From Octopus vulgaris (Eukaryota), in NCBI GenBank assembly GCA_951406725.2, contig OX597822.1, positions 34,038,001 through 34,102,000 of the forward strand: 64,000 nt of DNA, in the 5' to 3' direction. Within the stretch, counting starts at the first letter, position 1. Each line of letters opens with the position of its first letter. Both the position numbers and the translations under genes were made by a program. The notes beneath the pieces were generated by a model, which saw nothing but the letters and a program-made list of their open reading frames with translations, ran no database searches and was not told the DNA's origin. This document shows, in pieces, positions 28,001-42,100 of this stretch.

Positions 28001-31000
28001 AATGGGATGGACTTCCATTCAGTTTCTGGGCTACCAGTTTCACTCACATGGAACCAATCAGTCAGCCTGAAGTAATAGGATAAGGCATTTGTCCTAGGTG
28101 CTGCACTTGTGATTGCAAAGAAATGCTTGCATGGTCAAGAAGCTTGCTTCCCAACTGTGTGGTTTGGGGTTCAGCCCCACTGCACAGCTCCTTGGGCATG
28201 TGGCTTCAATTATAGCTGTGGACTGACCAAAACCTTGTGAGTGGATTTGGCAGATGGAAACTGAAAGAAGCCTGTCTTGTATGTTTTTGTGGTCATCATT
28301 ATCATCATCATCATCATCATGTGTTACCTTGTCTTGACATCTTGCAATGGTTGTAAACAGGCATCACTATCATAGAAGCAGTGTTACTCATTTCCAATCT
28401 TCCATGAAAGACATGTTTGGACATGGGTTACCTTGCCAGAAAACAGGTAAGGGTTGGTGGCTGGAAGAGCATCCAGCCATAAAAAATCTACTCCAGTGAA
28501 TTCTGTTTGATTCATGTAGGCATAGAAAATTGGATGTTAATGGTATTTGATGTTACACTATTGTTTCTGATGAAGGTTAAACATTTACAAGAAACAATTT
28601 TGTTGTGTTGTTTTTAATTTGAAGTAGTAGAAAAAAAATATCTTAATCAACATTTAGATTCATGTTATATAATTATTTTTCATGGTTGATTGAAATATTC
28701 ATTTGCATATATAAATATACACATGTATATATAAATGTACTACATTTACGTTTTTTAGATGAAATTGTCGCTCTGAAAAGATTAAAGATGGAGAAAGAGA
28801 AAGAAGGCTTCCCTATAACATCTTTGAGAGAAATTAATACCTTATTGAAAGCTCAACACCCAAATATAGTCACAGTCAGAGTAAGTAACCAATAATCAAC
28901 TAAGATTCTTTTAGTCTTCTACCGGTTTCAGTAATTGGATTGTGGCTATGATCAAGCACCACCTATTTCTTTACTACCCACAAGGGGCTAAACACAGAGG
29001 GGACAAACAAGGACAGACAAACGTATTAAGTCGATTATATCGACCCCAGTGCGTAACTGGTACTTATTTAATCGACCCCGAAAGGACGAAAGGCAAAGTC
29101 GACCTCAGCGGAATTTGAACTCAGAACGTAACGGCAGACAAAATACCGCTAAGCATTTCGCCCGGTGTGCTAACGTTTCTGCCAGCTCGTCGCACCACCG
29201 TGTAGTTAGAGTATGGTTGGTCACATCAATCCCTGTAATTGTTTTATTTGTTGATATTTATTTGCTGTTTGCTAGTGTTGATATCTTAATAAAATATACC
29301 CTGTGCACTCTGTAAAGTGATTAGTGAACAAACAGAGAAGATATAAAATGAAGCAGGTTTCTTCAGCCTAACTGAGGACATAACATCTTCCTAGGTGTTG
29401 TTGTCATGATGAAATGTATCCAGTACACACTGTGAAGTGGTTGGTGTTAGGAAATGCATCCAGCCATAGAAACCATGCAACTAATGGAACATACGAGTGA
29501 GGTGTGGTTCTCTAGTGCATCTAGGAGGGCAGGAACTCTAAATAAGGGCTGGCTTGGATCTTGGTGTCCTGTCCTGTTATGCCAGCATGTATCCTGTCTG
29601 AGCCTTTGACAATTTCATCAGTTCACCTTTTTGGCTTTGAACTGGTTGATCATCCTCCCTATTCTGATTTGGCCTTAACTGACTGTCATATGTTCTCCAA
29701 CATGAAAAAGCACTTGACTGGGAACCAGTATCATAGTGATGCTGACATCATATCTGCTGTTGATGACCTTTTTTTGACCAACAAGATGAAAGCTTCTTCA
29801 CCAATGGAATCCAAGCATTTGAGGCTTGAGATACACTTATAGTCATTTAATAAAGATTTCACTTTAAACACTGGCATTACTGTGTAATTAAGAAATTTGC
29901 TTAGCAACCATTTGGTTTTGGGTTCAAAACACCTTGCGCAAACATCTATTACAATTTGCATCTATTTTTTCTTAACTTTACAGGAAATTGTTGTTGGTAG
30001 TAACATGGACAAGATCTATATTGTTATGGATTATGTGGAACATGATTTAAAAGGCCTAATGGAAACTATGAAACAACCATTCCTTGTTGGTGAGGATCAC
30101 TTTTCTCTTTCGCTCTTGTTTTTGCTCTAACTCCTTCTTGTCTTGTAGTTTTGCATTTCCTGAATCATTCATATTCTACTGTATTTCTTTGTAGTCACCA
30201 TTGATGGGGATTATATGTTGTTGCATGGACCTGTTAGAGATACCAGCCAAACCTTCCTCTAATATTTCATCTGTCATCTTAAAATTCAACCTCAGACCTC
30301 AAAGAGCTTGAACAGCTATGGCTTGGTATCCTGTCTGAGCCTTTGACAATTTCACCAGTTCAGCTCCTTGACCCTTTAGCATTCATATTACTCTGTGAAA
30401 TGTTATGCTTATTTATTCACATTGATTTGATGGATGGATGCTGCCATGCCCCACTGACTCCCTCTCTCAGACAGTGAGTCCTTGTTTTGCAGGTGCTGGT
30501 ATCACATGAAAAGGACTCGTTTTAGCGTAACATAAAAAGCACCCATGCTGATTCCATGTGCAAAGCACTCATGCCAGTACCGCATAGAAGAGCACCTGTG
30601 CCGGTGTCGCATAAAAAGCACCCACTACACTCTGTAAAGTGGTTGGTGGTAGGAAGGCCATAACAGACAATAGGTGCCTGGGCAGGTCTCCAGCTGGCCA
30701 GCTACTGTCAAACCATCCAACCCTTGCTGGCATGGAAAATGGATGTTAAATGATGATAATTGATATCAATTAGTCATACATTTTCTTGTATCTCTTAGAT
30801 TTCAATGATGTCATTGTTTATTTCCAGAGTAATATTGTAGGGTAAGTGGGAGAGGCCAGATCCAGCCAGTTTGAACTTAAAACAGGTAGAGTATTTTGGC
30901 TGGATATGCCCAGGTTAAATGCTAAAGGTTTAAACTGATGCATGAAGGGCAAAATTGACCTCTGTTTATGGCACAAAGAAAAAAAATGATGTTTGCATGA

Positions 31001-33098
31001 TTAATTTTTTTCTTTCATCTATCCGTAAAGGACATTATATATTCTGCATTTCTACAATCTTGGAGGACCCATAAAGTCTAGGAGCACAGCATCTTCATCC
31101 AGTGCAGTAAGCTAGTTCCTAGGAGACTGGTTTCAAATTTTGGCACAAGGGTCGCAATTTCAAGGCAAGGCGTAAGTTGATTACATTGACCCTAGTGCTC
31201 AACTGGTATTTTATTGACCCCAAAAAGAATGAAAAGTCATGTCATTGTCAGTGGAATTTAGGCTAAGAATGTGAAGATGGACAAAATGCTGCTGGCATTT
31301 TGCTTGGTACAGAAGATATCAGAATGAATTTTCTTTCATTATTATATTTGTTCTTAAGCAGTGTTCTTCCATTTACAGGTGAAGTGAAAACACTGATGCT
31401 TCAGCTCCTCAAAGCTGTAGCTCACCTCCACGACAACTGGATATTACATCGAGATTTAAAGACATCAAACTTGTTACTGAGTCACAAAGGCATTCTCAAG
31501 GTTAGTGTTTAGTCATTTCCTATGCATTATGAAATACGGGTACATAGGTATGGAGTTGGTGTCATAACTGTTGTACGGTCTTAAATGTTGCTTCATTGCG
31601 TGGCACCTTGGGCAAGTGTCTTCTGCTATTGCTTCAAGCTGACCAGCATCTTCTGAGCAGAATTGGTCGGCAGAAGCTGTATTGGGATTCTGCTGTGCAG
31701 GCGTGGCTGTGTGGTAAGAAATTTACTTCCCAACTACATGGTTTCAGGTTCAGTTCCACTATGTGGCATCTTGAGCAAGTTTCTTATGCTATAACCCTCA
31801 TGTTGACTGAATCCTTGTGAGTGGATTCTGTCGGTGGAAAAGGAGCCCATCATGTGTGTGAGAGAGAGAGAGAGTTTGTGTGTATGTGTGTATGTTTCTG
31901 TCTACTTGCATTGGCTTTCCAATCTTCCATGAAAACATGCCTGATCACAAGAGAAATATTACCTTAATTGGAAACAGGTGAGAGTTGGCAATGGAATTAA
32001 TTCTAACACTTTCTATCTTCTTGATAGCAATTGTAATTAATGCATGCTTCAGAAATTGAAGGAAAAAAAAAATATTCATTTATATGTTTCTTTTTTGTCT
32101 TTTACTCCACTAAGGTTGGCGATTTTGGTCTTGCCAGAGAATATGGATCCCCATTGAAGCATTATACACCAGTTGTAGTTACCTTATGGTATAGAGCACC
32201 TGAGTTACTGCTGGGCACCAAGGTTAGTGGTTTTAGTTTGTTTTGTTTTGTTTTTGTTTTTTTAAACTTTTATCTTTTACTTGGTTTTTCTTTCGGACGT
32301 GGGTCTGCAGTCATGCTGGAGCTCTGTCTTGAAGGGTTTGGTCAAACAAATTGACTCCAGTACTTGGTTTTTTTGGGTTTTTTTTAAAAATCTGGTACTT
32401 GTTCTCTCAGACTCTTTTGCTGAATTGTTAAGTTAAAGGGATATAATCAAACCAACACCAGTTAGCAAGCAGTGAAGGGGCCAGGGGATGAACACAAGCT
32501 CAGACTCAAGCGTATACATATATACATGTATGTGTACACACAAACACACACATGTACATGACAAGCTTCCACACAGTTTCCATCTACCAGATTCACTCTC
32601 AAGGCATTGGCTGGCCTGGGGCTATAGTAGAAGACACTTGCCCTAGATGCCATGCAGTGGAACTGAACCCCAAACCACAGGGTTGCAAAGCAAGCTTCTT
32701 AACTATACAGCCATACCTGTCATCTTTAGTTATTGTTTTGTAACAAGGAGCTTGATTCAAACCTTATTGAGAAGCTGTATTTCCTACCTGTTGTTGGGGT
32801 AGTCCCTGTCAGCTCCACTTGCGCAGATTTATAATGTAAGACTGGCCAATCTAATACTTAGGGGTTAACTATTTGCTAAAGTTAAAATTCCGGAGGAAAT
32901 TAAACAAATCATGAAACTGTATTGGAGAGGTCGGACAGTTTGAAATCCATCAAATACCACAAAGAAGCTTTAAGAAATTTCATCTTAAACCAAGACATTG
33001 TTTAGATCAAATGCTGCTGCAGTTCCTTATTAAAAGACCATTCCTCTTCAACAGGTTTCTTTACAACCTACAGATGCCAGAATTTTGAATATGCTACA

Positions 33099-33141
<43 letters not shown>

Positions 33142-33606
33142 GAAAAAGATTAGTGATCTATACAAATAAAATTTTTATTTATAAAAGGTGGAGGTAGAAA
33201 TAGCACAGAAATAAATCTAAGACATTTCAATTTAAGAGGGAATTTAATGAAAATGATTTTTAAAACATTCTTATATAAAGAAAATATTACCGGTTTCAAT
33301 GAATCTCTTCTTATCAAATATCAGTAAAAAATTTATAAAAATTTGAAGAAAAACAGTTTATCTTCTGTCTGAGGCACCAAGAACATTTTTATTAAATTTC
33401 CTCTTAAATTGAAATGTCTTAGACTTATTTCTGTTCTATTTCCACCTCCTTTTATATATATATATAAATAAGGATAAGATCGTTAATTTAAAAATATAAT
33501 AACAATTTTATCAAGTGGTCAGCATGGAAAAAATAACCTTCAAAGGTAATAATTATTAAAATTATAAATTAGAATATCTTGTAGATACCCTAATTTATAA
33601 TTTTAA

Positions 33607-33648
<42 letters not shown>

Positions 33649-34199
33649 GCGCATGCAGTTACCTCACAGTTTCTGTTTATGAAATTCACTCAAGGCATTG
33701 GCCAGCCAGGGTCTATAGTAGAAGAGACTTGCTCAAAGTGCTGCACAATGGGTCTGAACCCCAAACCAAAACTATGTGGTTGCAAAACAAGCTTCTTAAC
33801 CACACAGCCATGCTTGTGCCTAAATTTTATTTTATTTATGTATCTATTTTACTTTTTGCAACATGGCTGCAGTTGTTCAGAAAACACGGATATTTGCTTG
33901 AATTATTAACAGAAATGTTTTTAAAATGGATAGCTTTCTTCATATTAACCCATTAGAAACCAAGTTGGAGCAATACCTGGCTGCGAAGAATGTTATGTGC
34001 ACACAAGCAACAACAGATCACTTTCCTTCTTGCTTTCTTTCTTTTTCTCATTTATTTATTTATTTATTTATTTATTAGCGCATTCAGAAGTGGAATGTGA
34101 ATTTATATTTTATGAAAGCTCCGTTATGCATAAACTCACCTGTGTTGCAGCTAAGATGCAGTTGAACAAAATTAATTACATAAGTTAAGATATATGCTT

Positions 34200-34240
<41 letters not shown>

Positions 34241-37200
34241 GCTGCTGCCACTCCTACATAATCACTAGTTGTGCTTAGAGATAAAAAATCAAGCTTCACT
34301 GACCACTCAGAAGCACACAAACTGCTTCAGCATGATCGCAATCTGCTAATCAGCATGAAAAACTTAAAATAGTTTCTTGTCTGTCTCAGTAAACATCACA
34401 TGGAACCTGTTCTAAGCTTGGATAAACAGATCTGTGTTTTGGGGTATAAATCCAGAAAAAGGAAAATGAAGAGAAATGGTTGTTTTTTTTTATTTTTTTA
34501 TTTATCTGCTTGATTTCATTATTTTGATGTTTTCTGTTTTGTTATTTTGGAATTAGAAATCTTAATATTTCTAAGTCACTCTAAAGGAGACTACGGCGAG
34601 CTGGTAGAAACGTTAGCGCGCCGGGCGAAATGCTTAGCGGTATTTCGTCTGCCGTTACGTTCTGAGTTCAAATTCCGCCGAGGTCGACTTTGCCTTTTAT
34701 CCTTTTGGGGTCGATAAATTAAGTACCAGTTACGCACTGGGGTCGATATAATCGACTTAATCCGTCTGTCTGTCCTTGTTTGTCTCCTCTGTGTTTAGCC
34801 CCTTGTGGGTAGTAAAGAAATAGGCACTTGATATTAATAGTTATCGCCAAGCTAATATGGCAGTCCAGAAATATAGGATGAATGCTGTTGTTGATTAGCT
34901 CCAAGAGGCCATCGCCTCTAGCTAGCTATGTGACACTCGAAACTGTGTCCATTATAACCTTCGAAGGTTAGCTATGTGACACACGAACCTGTGTCCATTG
35001 TAACTTTCGAAGGTTATAATGGACACAGGTTCGTGTGCCACATAGCTAGCTAGAGGCAATGGCCTCTTGGAGCTAATCAATGGCAGTATTCGTCCTATAT
35101 TTCTGGACTGCCATATTAGCTTGGCGATAACTATTAATATTTTAGAATTATTTACAGTATATGTGCCATTTTGTTTTGTAATATATTTTTGTATACTACG
35201 AACCAATGATAATGATTTCACCTTTCTTTCTTTTGGGGGTCGGTAAAATAAGTACCAGTTAAATACTGGGGTTGATGTAATTGACTTACCATCTCTCTGA
35301 AATTGCTGGCCTTGTGCCAAAATTTGAAAACAATATTATTGTCATTTTTAATTTCCATTTTTCCAAGCTTGCATGAGCTGGGCATGATTTGTTGAAGCAA
35401 ATTTTTTACAGTTGCTTGGCCCTTCCTGGTGCCAAACTACTTGTTTCCAAAGAAGCTAATGTTTCCCCCATGAATGGAAATATTTCTGTAAAGGATAGGA
35501 AATAAATTATATCACTTGTATGGTAGTGATACTCATTAACAACTATCTTATGATGTCAGGATGAAGGGACTCAAACACACTCATGTGCCCCCACACAAAA
35601 CTCATACATACGTGTGTGTGTTTGTGAAGGCACATGGCCTAGTGGTTAGGGTGTTGTACTCATGATCACAAGATCATGGTTTCAATTCCTGGATTGGACT
35701 GTGTGTTATGCTCTTGAGCAAAACACTTCAATTTTACATTGTTCCAGTTCACTCAGCTGTAAAAGTGTTACCCTGTGATGAAGTGGCTTCTTATTGAGGG
35801 AGAATGTTGTGATCTTGGTCACTTATGCACCATAGGCCAGCCTTCATAGCCAGTCGGGTGGCATCATTTGAAAGCTACAACACTGCAAGTAAGCACATTA
35901 TGACCAGTGGTGTACAACAGCACTCAATTGTTTGGTTGATACAGTGATACAATATATATATATATATATGTATGGTCCAACCCATGCTAGCATGGAAAGC
36001 GGACGTTAAACGATGATGATGATATATATGTTGTGCAAGAGAGACAACTGCACTGGTATGGTCATTTGGTGCATATGAAGGAGGACAACTGTGTAAAGAA
36101 GTGCTGATCTCTAACTGTTGGGGGAAACTCTGGAAGGGGTAGACCCGGGAATACACAAGAGGAGGTGGTGAAGCATGGTCTTTGCACGTTAGGCTTCACA
36201 GAGGCGATGATGAATGACTGAGACCTTTGGTGATATGCTGTGTTTGAGAAGACTTGTTAAGCCAAGTGAAACTGTACTCGTAGCTGATGCCAGTGTCATT
36301 TATTATTATTATTGTTATTATTTTTTTTTTTTTATTTATTTATTTTTATTTATTTTTTTTTTTTGCAGGAATACACAACATGCATTGATATGTGGTCAGT
36401 TGGATGTATTATGGCTGAATTTCTCACTATGAAGCCATTATGGCCAGGCAAATCTGAAGTTGACCAGCTGACCAGAATTTTCAAGGTAAGTTGTTACACT
36501 TCAAGGATGTCCTTGAAATAGTTGCAGTGTTGTTCAGGACTGGATGCCCACTGCAATGTTTATATGTTGGCAATTTGCTTCTTGTTAATTACAAGGTGGT
36601 ATCAAAAAGTTCCAGGACTAGTAATTTTTAATAAAAAATACTTTATTTCCCTTGGTTTTAACACCATCATCATCATTTAATGTCCGTTTTCCATGCTGGC
36701 ATGTGTTGGATTGGATGGTTCGACTGGGGTGTGGGAAGCCAGTAGGCAGCACCGGGCCCCAATCTGATCTGGCAGTGTTTCTACAGCTTGATGCCCTTTC
36801 TAATGCCACCCACTCTGAGAGTGTAGTGGGTGCTTTTTACTTGCCACCAGCACAGGGGCCAGAGGAGCTGGCATTGACCACAATCGGATGGTGCTTTTTA
36901 TGTGCCACCAGCATGGAAGCCAGCCAAAGTGACACTGGCATCGGCCACATTCGGATGGTGCTTTTTACATGCTACTGGCACGGGGCTCACATCTACAATT
37001 TCTATTTCATTTGATTTTAATATTGCTGTTGGTGTTGATGTACTTGACTTAATATATCAACATCGACATCATCTCCTTTGAAATAGTCACCTTACACAAC
37101 AATACACTGGTCCCAGTGTTCCTGCCACTTTTGGAATCCGGCCTGAAAGTTGTTTTCTGTAAGCAAGTCAAGGGCCTTCTGTGATTCACTCTGGATCTTG

Positions 37201-39110
37201 ACAACGGTGTTAAAACGATGACCTCTGAGCTGCCTTTTCTTCTTGGGGAAGAGATGGAAGTCTGCAGGTGCTACATCTTGTGAATAGGGTGGGGGCAGAA
37301 GTGATAACATGTTTTTGATGAGAAACTCACGAGTGAGAACTCAATGAGGAATCCAGTTCTTTACGTTCCACAGATCCAGTTGCTTTTGCCAAATGTCCCC
37401 CCTCAAACACTTCAAACCTGCATCTATGATGCCACTTTTCCTATTTTAAAGTGTTAATATCTAAATTAAAACCCACAAGAACCTTTCTTTAATTTATGTT
37501 ACAAAAACTAGCTTAATTCTTTAGAATTTAAACTGGCCATATCAGGCTAAAATAGAGTACCTGTCTTACGTTTAAGCCAACCAGATTCCGCCTCTCACAC
37601 CTAACGTACAATGTCAATCTAAATATGTACTATCACATTATTGAAATCTCAAACCTACAAGATAATTCATGATGAATTCAAACCAATTTAAATAAACAAG
37701 CATGTACCGCCTGACTGGCCCTCATGCCGGTGGCAAGCAAAAGCATCTACTACACTCTTCGAGTTAGTTAGTTAGTTAGTTAGTTAATTTGGCTCAAAAG
37801 CAAATAGCAAGGCCATGTAGGGGGACATGGAGTTAAGCACAGGGTGGTGTTCATGTAAAGAGTTCAGGCCACTTGAGGTCAAGGGAGGCTTTGAACAAAG
37901 CGGTCGTCGGCATCTTCACCATCTCGTCTGGCAGCTTGTTCCACGGATCCGCAACCCGGACGGAGAAAGCTCCTCTCCTTCGATTGAGATGAAATTGTCG
38001 CAGGTAGAGCTTTTCGGAATGACCCCGCAGCCGACGCTCTGGAGCAGGAGTGAAGAACAGCTCTTTCGAGAGGTTACACTTTCCGCTTATGATGTTGTGG
38101 GCGAGAATGAGATCACCACGGCGGCGGCGTTTTTCAAGAGAATAAAGGTCGAGCGTCCTCAGCCTTTCTTCGTAGGACAAATTGTGGTTGGCATTAGGAA
38201 GAGCATCCAGCTGTAGAAACTCTGCCAGATCAGATAGGAGCCTGGTGCAGCCATCTGGTTTGCCAGTCCTCAGTCAAATCATCCAACCCATGCTAGCATG
38301 GAAAGCGGACGTTGAACTATGATGATGATGATGTTTGACAAAGTAATCCAAATGCTAAAAGGTTAATAAGGGCAAAGCTAAATCCCGTAAAATTCTTGAT
38401 TTCCAAGGGTAAGTGAAAGCGATATAAAGGGCATTTTATTATATGTTTTATGCTCTCTTAGTTATATGCTTTTGTTTATCTTTCCCTTATTTGACCTGTA
38501 TTTTCTGTGTTGTCGTATATTTCCATTCTGTCATTGCAGCCCAAAACTACTCTTTCTTCCTGGCGTTCGTCATTGACTGCTGGCATCGTAGCATGTAGCC
38601 ATTTGGGTGGGTAGGGGAACTCAGCAATATCTTTGTCTTGACGTCTGCTCTCACAGGCTGTTGAAGTAGCTGAGCTCTTTTTATCTACATCTGGGTGTTG
38701 CTAGGTGGTAGCCGATGCTACTAGCTTGACATATGAAGGTGTTGGTATGACAATTAGGTATAAGTGTTAGGGAATCCACTTGGCATATCTTGGAGCTGAG
38801 CCAACTCTCCCAGAATGACAGTGCTTGATTTGATTGCCGTGTTCTTTGGTGGTTTAACCCTTTTCTTGTCATATTTCTGTTGAAATACTTTGGTTGAATT
38901 AATTTTGAAAATAATAAAGAACCTGGTATAAATAATTTTATAATAATAGGCGCAGGAGTGGCTGTGTGGTAAGTAGCTTGCTTACCAACCACATGGTTCC
39001 AGGTTCATTCCCACTGCGTGACACCTTGGGCAAATGTTTTCTACTATAGCCACGGGCCGACCAAAGCTTTATGAGTGGATTTGGTAGATGGAAACCGAAA
39101 GAAGCCCGCC

Positions 39111-39148
<38 letters not shown>

Positions 39149-42100
39149 GTGTGTCTGTGTTTGTCCCCCCAACATTGCTTGACAACCGATGGTGGTGTGC
39201 TTACGTCCCTGTAACTTAGCAGTTCGGCAAAAGAGACCGATAGAATAAGTAGTATGCTTACAAAGAATAAGTCCTGGGGTCGATTTGCTTGACAAAAAGC
39301 GGTGCTCCAGCATGGCCGCAGTCAAATGACTGAAACAAGTAAAAGAGAACTAAGTAGTGTCTGAAACCTTAATCCCTGAACCCTTTAACATTCAGATTAC
39401 TCTGTCAAGTGTAATGTTTATTCATTCACGTTATTTTGAATTCCTCTCACATTATCTTGTATCTTTGGGATATCAATAATCTGGCTGTCTATTTTAAGAA
39501 TGGTATTGCAGTGTTGGTATGGGAGGCCAGATCTTGCCAGTTTGAACATAAAACCGGTCTTAGCCGGATATGGCTGGTTTAAACACTGAAGGGTTACAAA
39601 TTTTGATGGACGGTTTTAATTTAGATCGCTTTAAAATGAGAAATTTGTTTCACGGAATCAATGGTTGTCTCACAAAATAAAGGGGTTTAAGGAGCTTGCC
39701 CCAAAAGAAAATTCGAGTAGCTCATATACTCACGCAGTGCTCTTATAAGACAAGCTTAAACCTCTCCTATCTATGCTGCTACTAATGTCCCATACTTAAT
39801 ATATTGTGCCCCTGGTAAGCAGTTTCTTTCCATGTTAATACATCATTGGAAGTGCACATCTGCAGTATTATAGATGCAGTCTGCTGTAAGATTTTTTGTG
39901 CAGCTAAACTGACCAGACGTAGTTTTCAGCTCCAGGGATTTAGAGAAATTAATACTCAGCCAAAATTGTTTCTAATAAAGTGATGAAAGATTTCTAGATA
40001 AAGCATTAGTGGACGGTTATAAACTAACTACAGCTGTGGCTTGGAGCTTTTCTGGTCTTCCTGACTTGTAAAATTAGTGTTAACGTATTCAATTTAATGC
40101 AGTTATCGTGAAAAATCTAAATAGGAAGACTTGTGTGGTGAAGGAAAATGCAGTTAGTTTAATGATTGTTTATCGTTTTATTCATTTTGGCAAAAATAAA
40201 AAAATAGAAGATAAATCTGGACATATTTCAGACTTGCTAGACTTTATAGAAATGATGAGAGAATCACTAACTATATATACAATATTGTACATGTGTAGGT
40301 GTTTAAAGTTTGCATTTCTGCTAGTACAGTGAGATCTGTTCTTTGTTGAGTTCAGTGAAGTTTATTCCATGTCATCAAATTTGAAGACAGCACTGCATGA
40401 CTGGCATCCGTGCTAGTTGAGCACTAAGAGCACCATCCGAGTGTGATCGGTGCCAGAGCAGCTGACTGGCTTCCATGCTGGTGGTACGTAAAAAGCACCA
40501 CTCGAGCATTATCGTTACCAGCGTCACTTTACTGGCACATGAAAAAAATATTTGAGTGAGGTCGTTGCCAGTGCCACTGGACGGCTCCTGTGCAGATGGC
40601 ATGTAAAAGCACCATTTGAACGTGGCCATTGCCAGTACTGCTTGACTGGCCCTCTTGTCAGTGGCACATAAAAGCACCCACTATACTCTCGGAGTGGTTG
40701 GTGTTAGGAAGAGCATCCAGCTGTAGAAACTCTGCCAGATCAGATTGGAGCCTGGTGCAGCCATCTGGTTCACCAGTCCTCAGTCAAATCGTCCAACCCA
40801 TGCCAGCATGGAAAGCCGACATTAATCAATGATGATGATGATGATGAGGGTATGGCAAAGTATATTCTTTTCTGAGGAGGTCTCATAATGGTGAAACATG
40901 TCTGCATTTGTCTCCCTTACTTGCTAGACCACTTCTAATAGTATTAGTTTTTTAGCTCAGTGCTACTCAAAGTGGTGCCGGTCTACAAGCCATCAACTGC
41001 CAGTATGCGACGAGTTTCCAGAAGAGAAGGAAACAATAACATAATTTCAGTAATTTCGCCTTATGCACCACAGTAAAAAAAACTTATCTTATGTAATACT
41101 GTATTATTTGTTTACAAAATAAATATAAGATAAAAAAAATTGTCAACTTTTATTTTATCCATTATATATATTGTTTCCGGTATAGATTGATATTACTGGC
41201 ACATTGCACATTGGAAAAAAAACAGTGCTGGTGCGCCACATCAGATAGCTTGAGAAGCACTGTTTTAGCTAATATTTTTATTTTTTTATTTTCTCTTTTT
41301 TTTTTTTATTGCCTCATCATATTAGTGTTTCTAGATAGAATTTTGGTGTTCACTATATTAACTCTTTTGTTACCATTTCTGTTGAAATGCTCTGTGTTTC
41401 TTTCAATTAATTTTAGATATAACTAAGAATTTAGTAAAATAACTTAGTTATCTTTAAGCTAGTGTTAGGAACATAAATTGTGACTAAGGTTTGGTGGAAG
41501 ATTTTAATTCAGAGCTTTTGAAAACAAGACATTCGTACTACAGAGCCAAAGGCAGTTTCAGGCGGGTTGGTAACAAAGAAGATAAAAATATGTTGAGATG
41601 TTGGTTAGTCATGTGAATGGCGTCTCTGAGTAAATAACATCACTAATTTCTGTTTTTGGTTTATAAATCGATCGACTGATGTCCAATATTTTAAATCTGT
41701 TAACGGGGGTGGCTGGATCTACCTTGCTCTTACAGCAACCGCTCTCACACCATCTTGCCCCGTTTGGGGCATCCTCATTCTTCTCTATCTCCTCCTCCAC
41801 GTTTTCTTTGGTCGACATCACTTTTGCAGTTCATTCACTTTAAACTCAAGCACTCTCCTCGGAACATGATCCTCATCCTTCCTCAACTCATGTCCATACC
41901 ACCGCACTCCAGCTGTTCCACCGATTCCTCCAACCCCAGCATCCCCATGGTAGCATTTCAGCTAGTACAGTAAGATCTGTACAACTGACCTCACAACTTT
42001 GTATGCTGGTAATGTCATGTATGCGTCATTATGTTCCCATTTTCTCCCTCATTATTCATTAGTCTCACTCAAATTCATTATTGCTGAAATACCATAATTT

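Noticed and set aside
28567-28600. CTGATGA...GAAAC sense-strand motif in a CDK11 intron
   Set aside because: Stems I and II do not form credibly; likely chance in AT-rich DNA.
37827-38216. 129-aa plus-strand ORF
   Set aside because: Antisense shadow of the CR1 ORF2 fragment.
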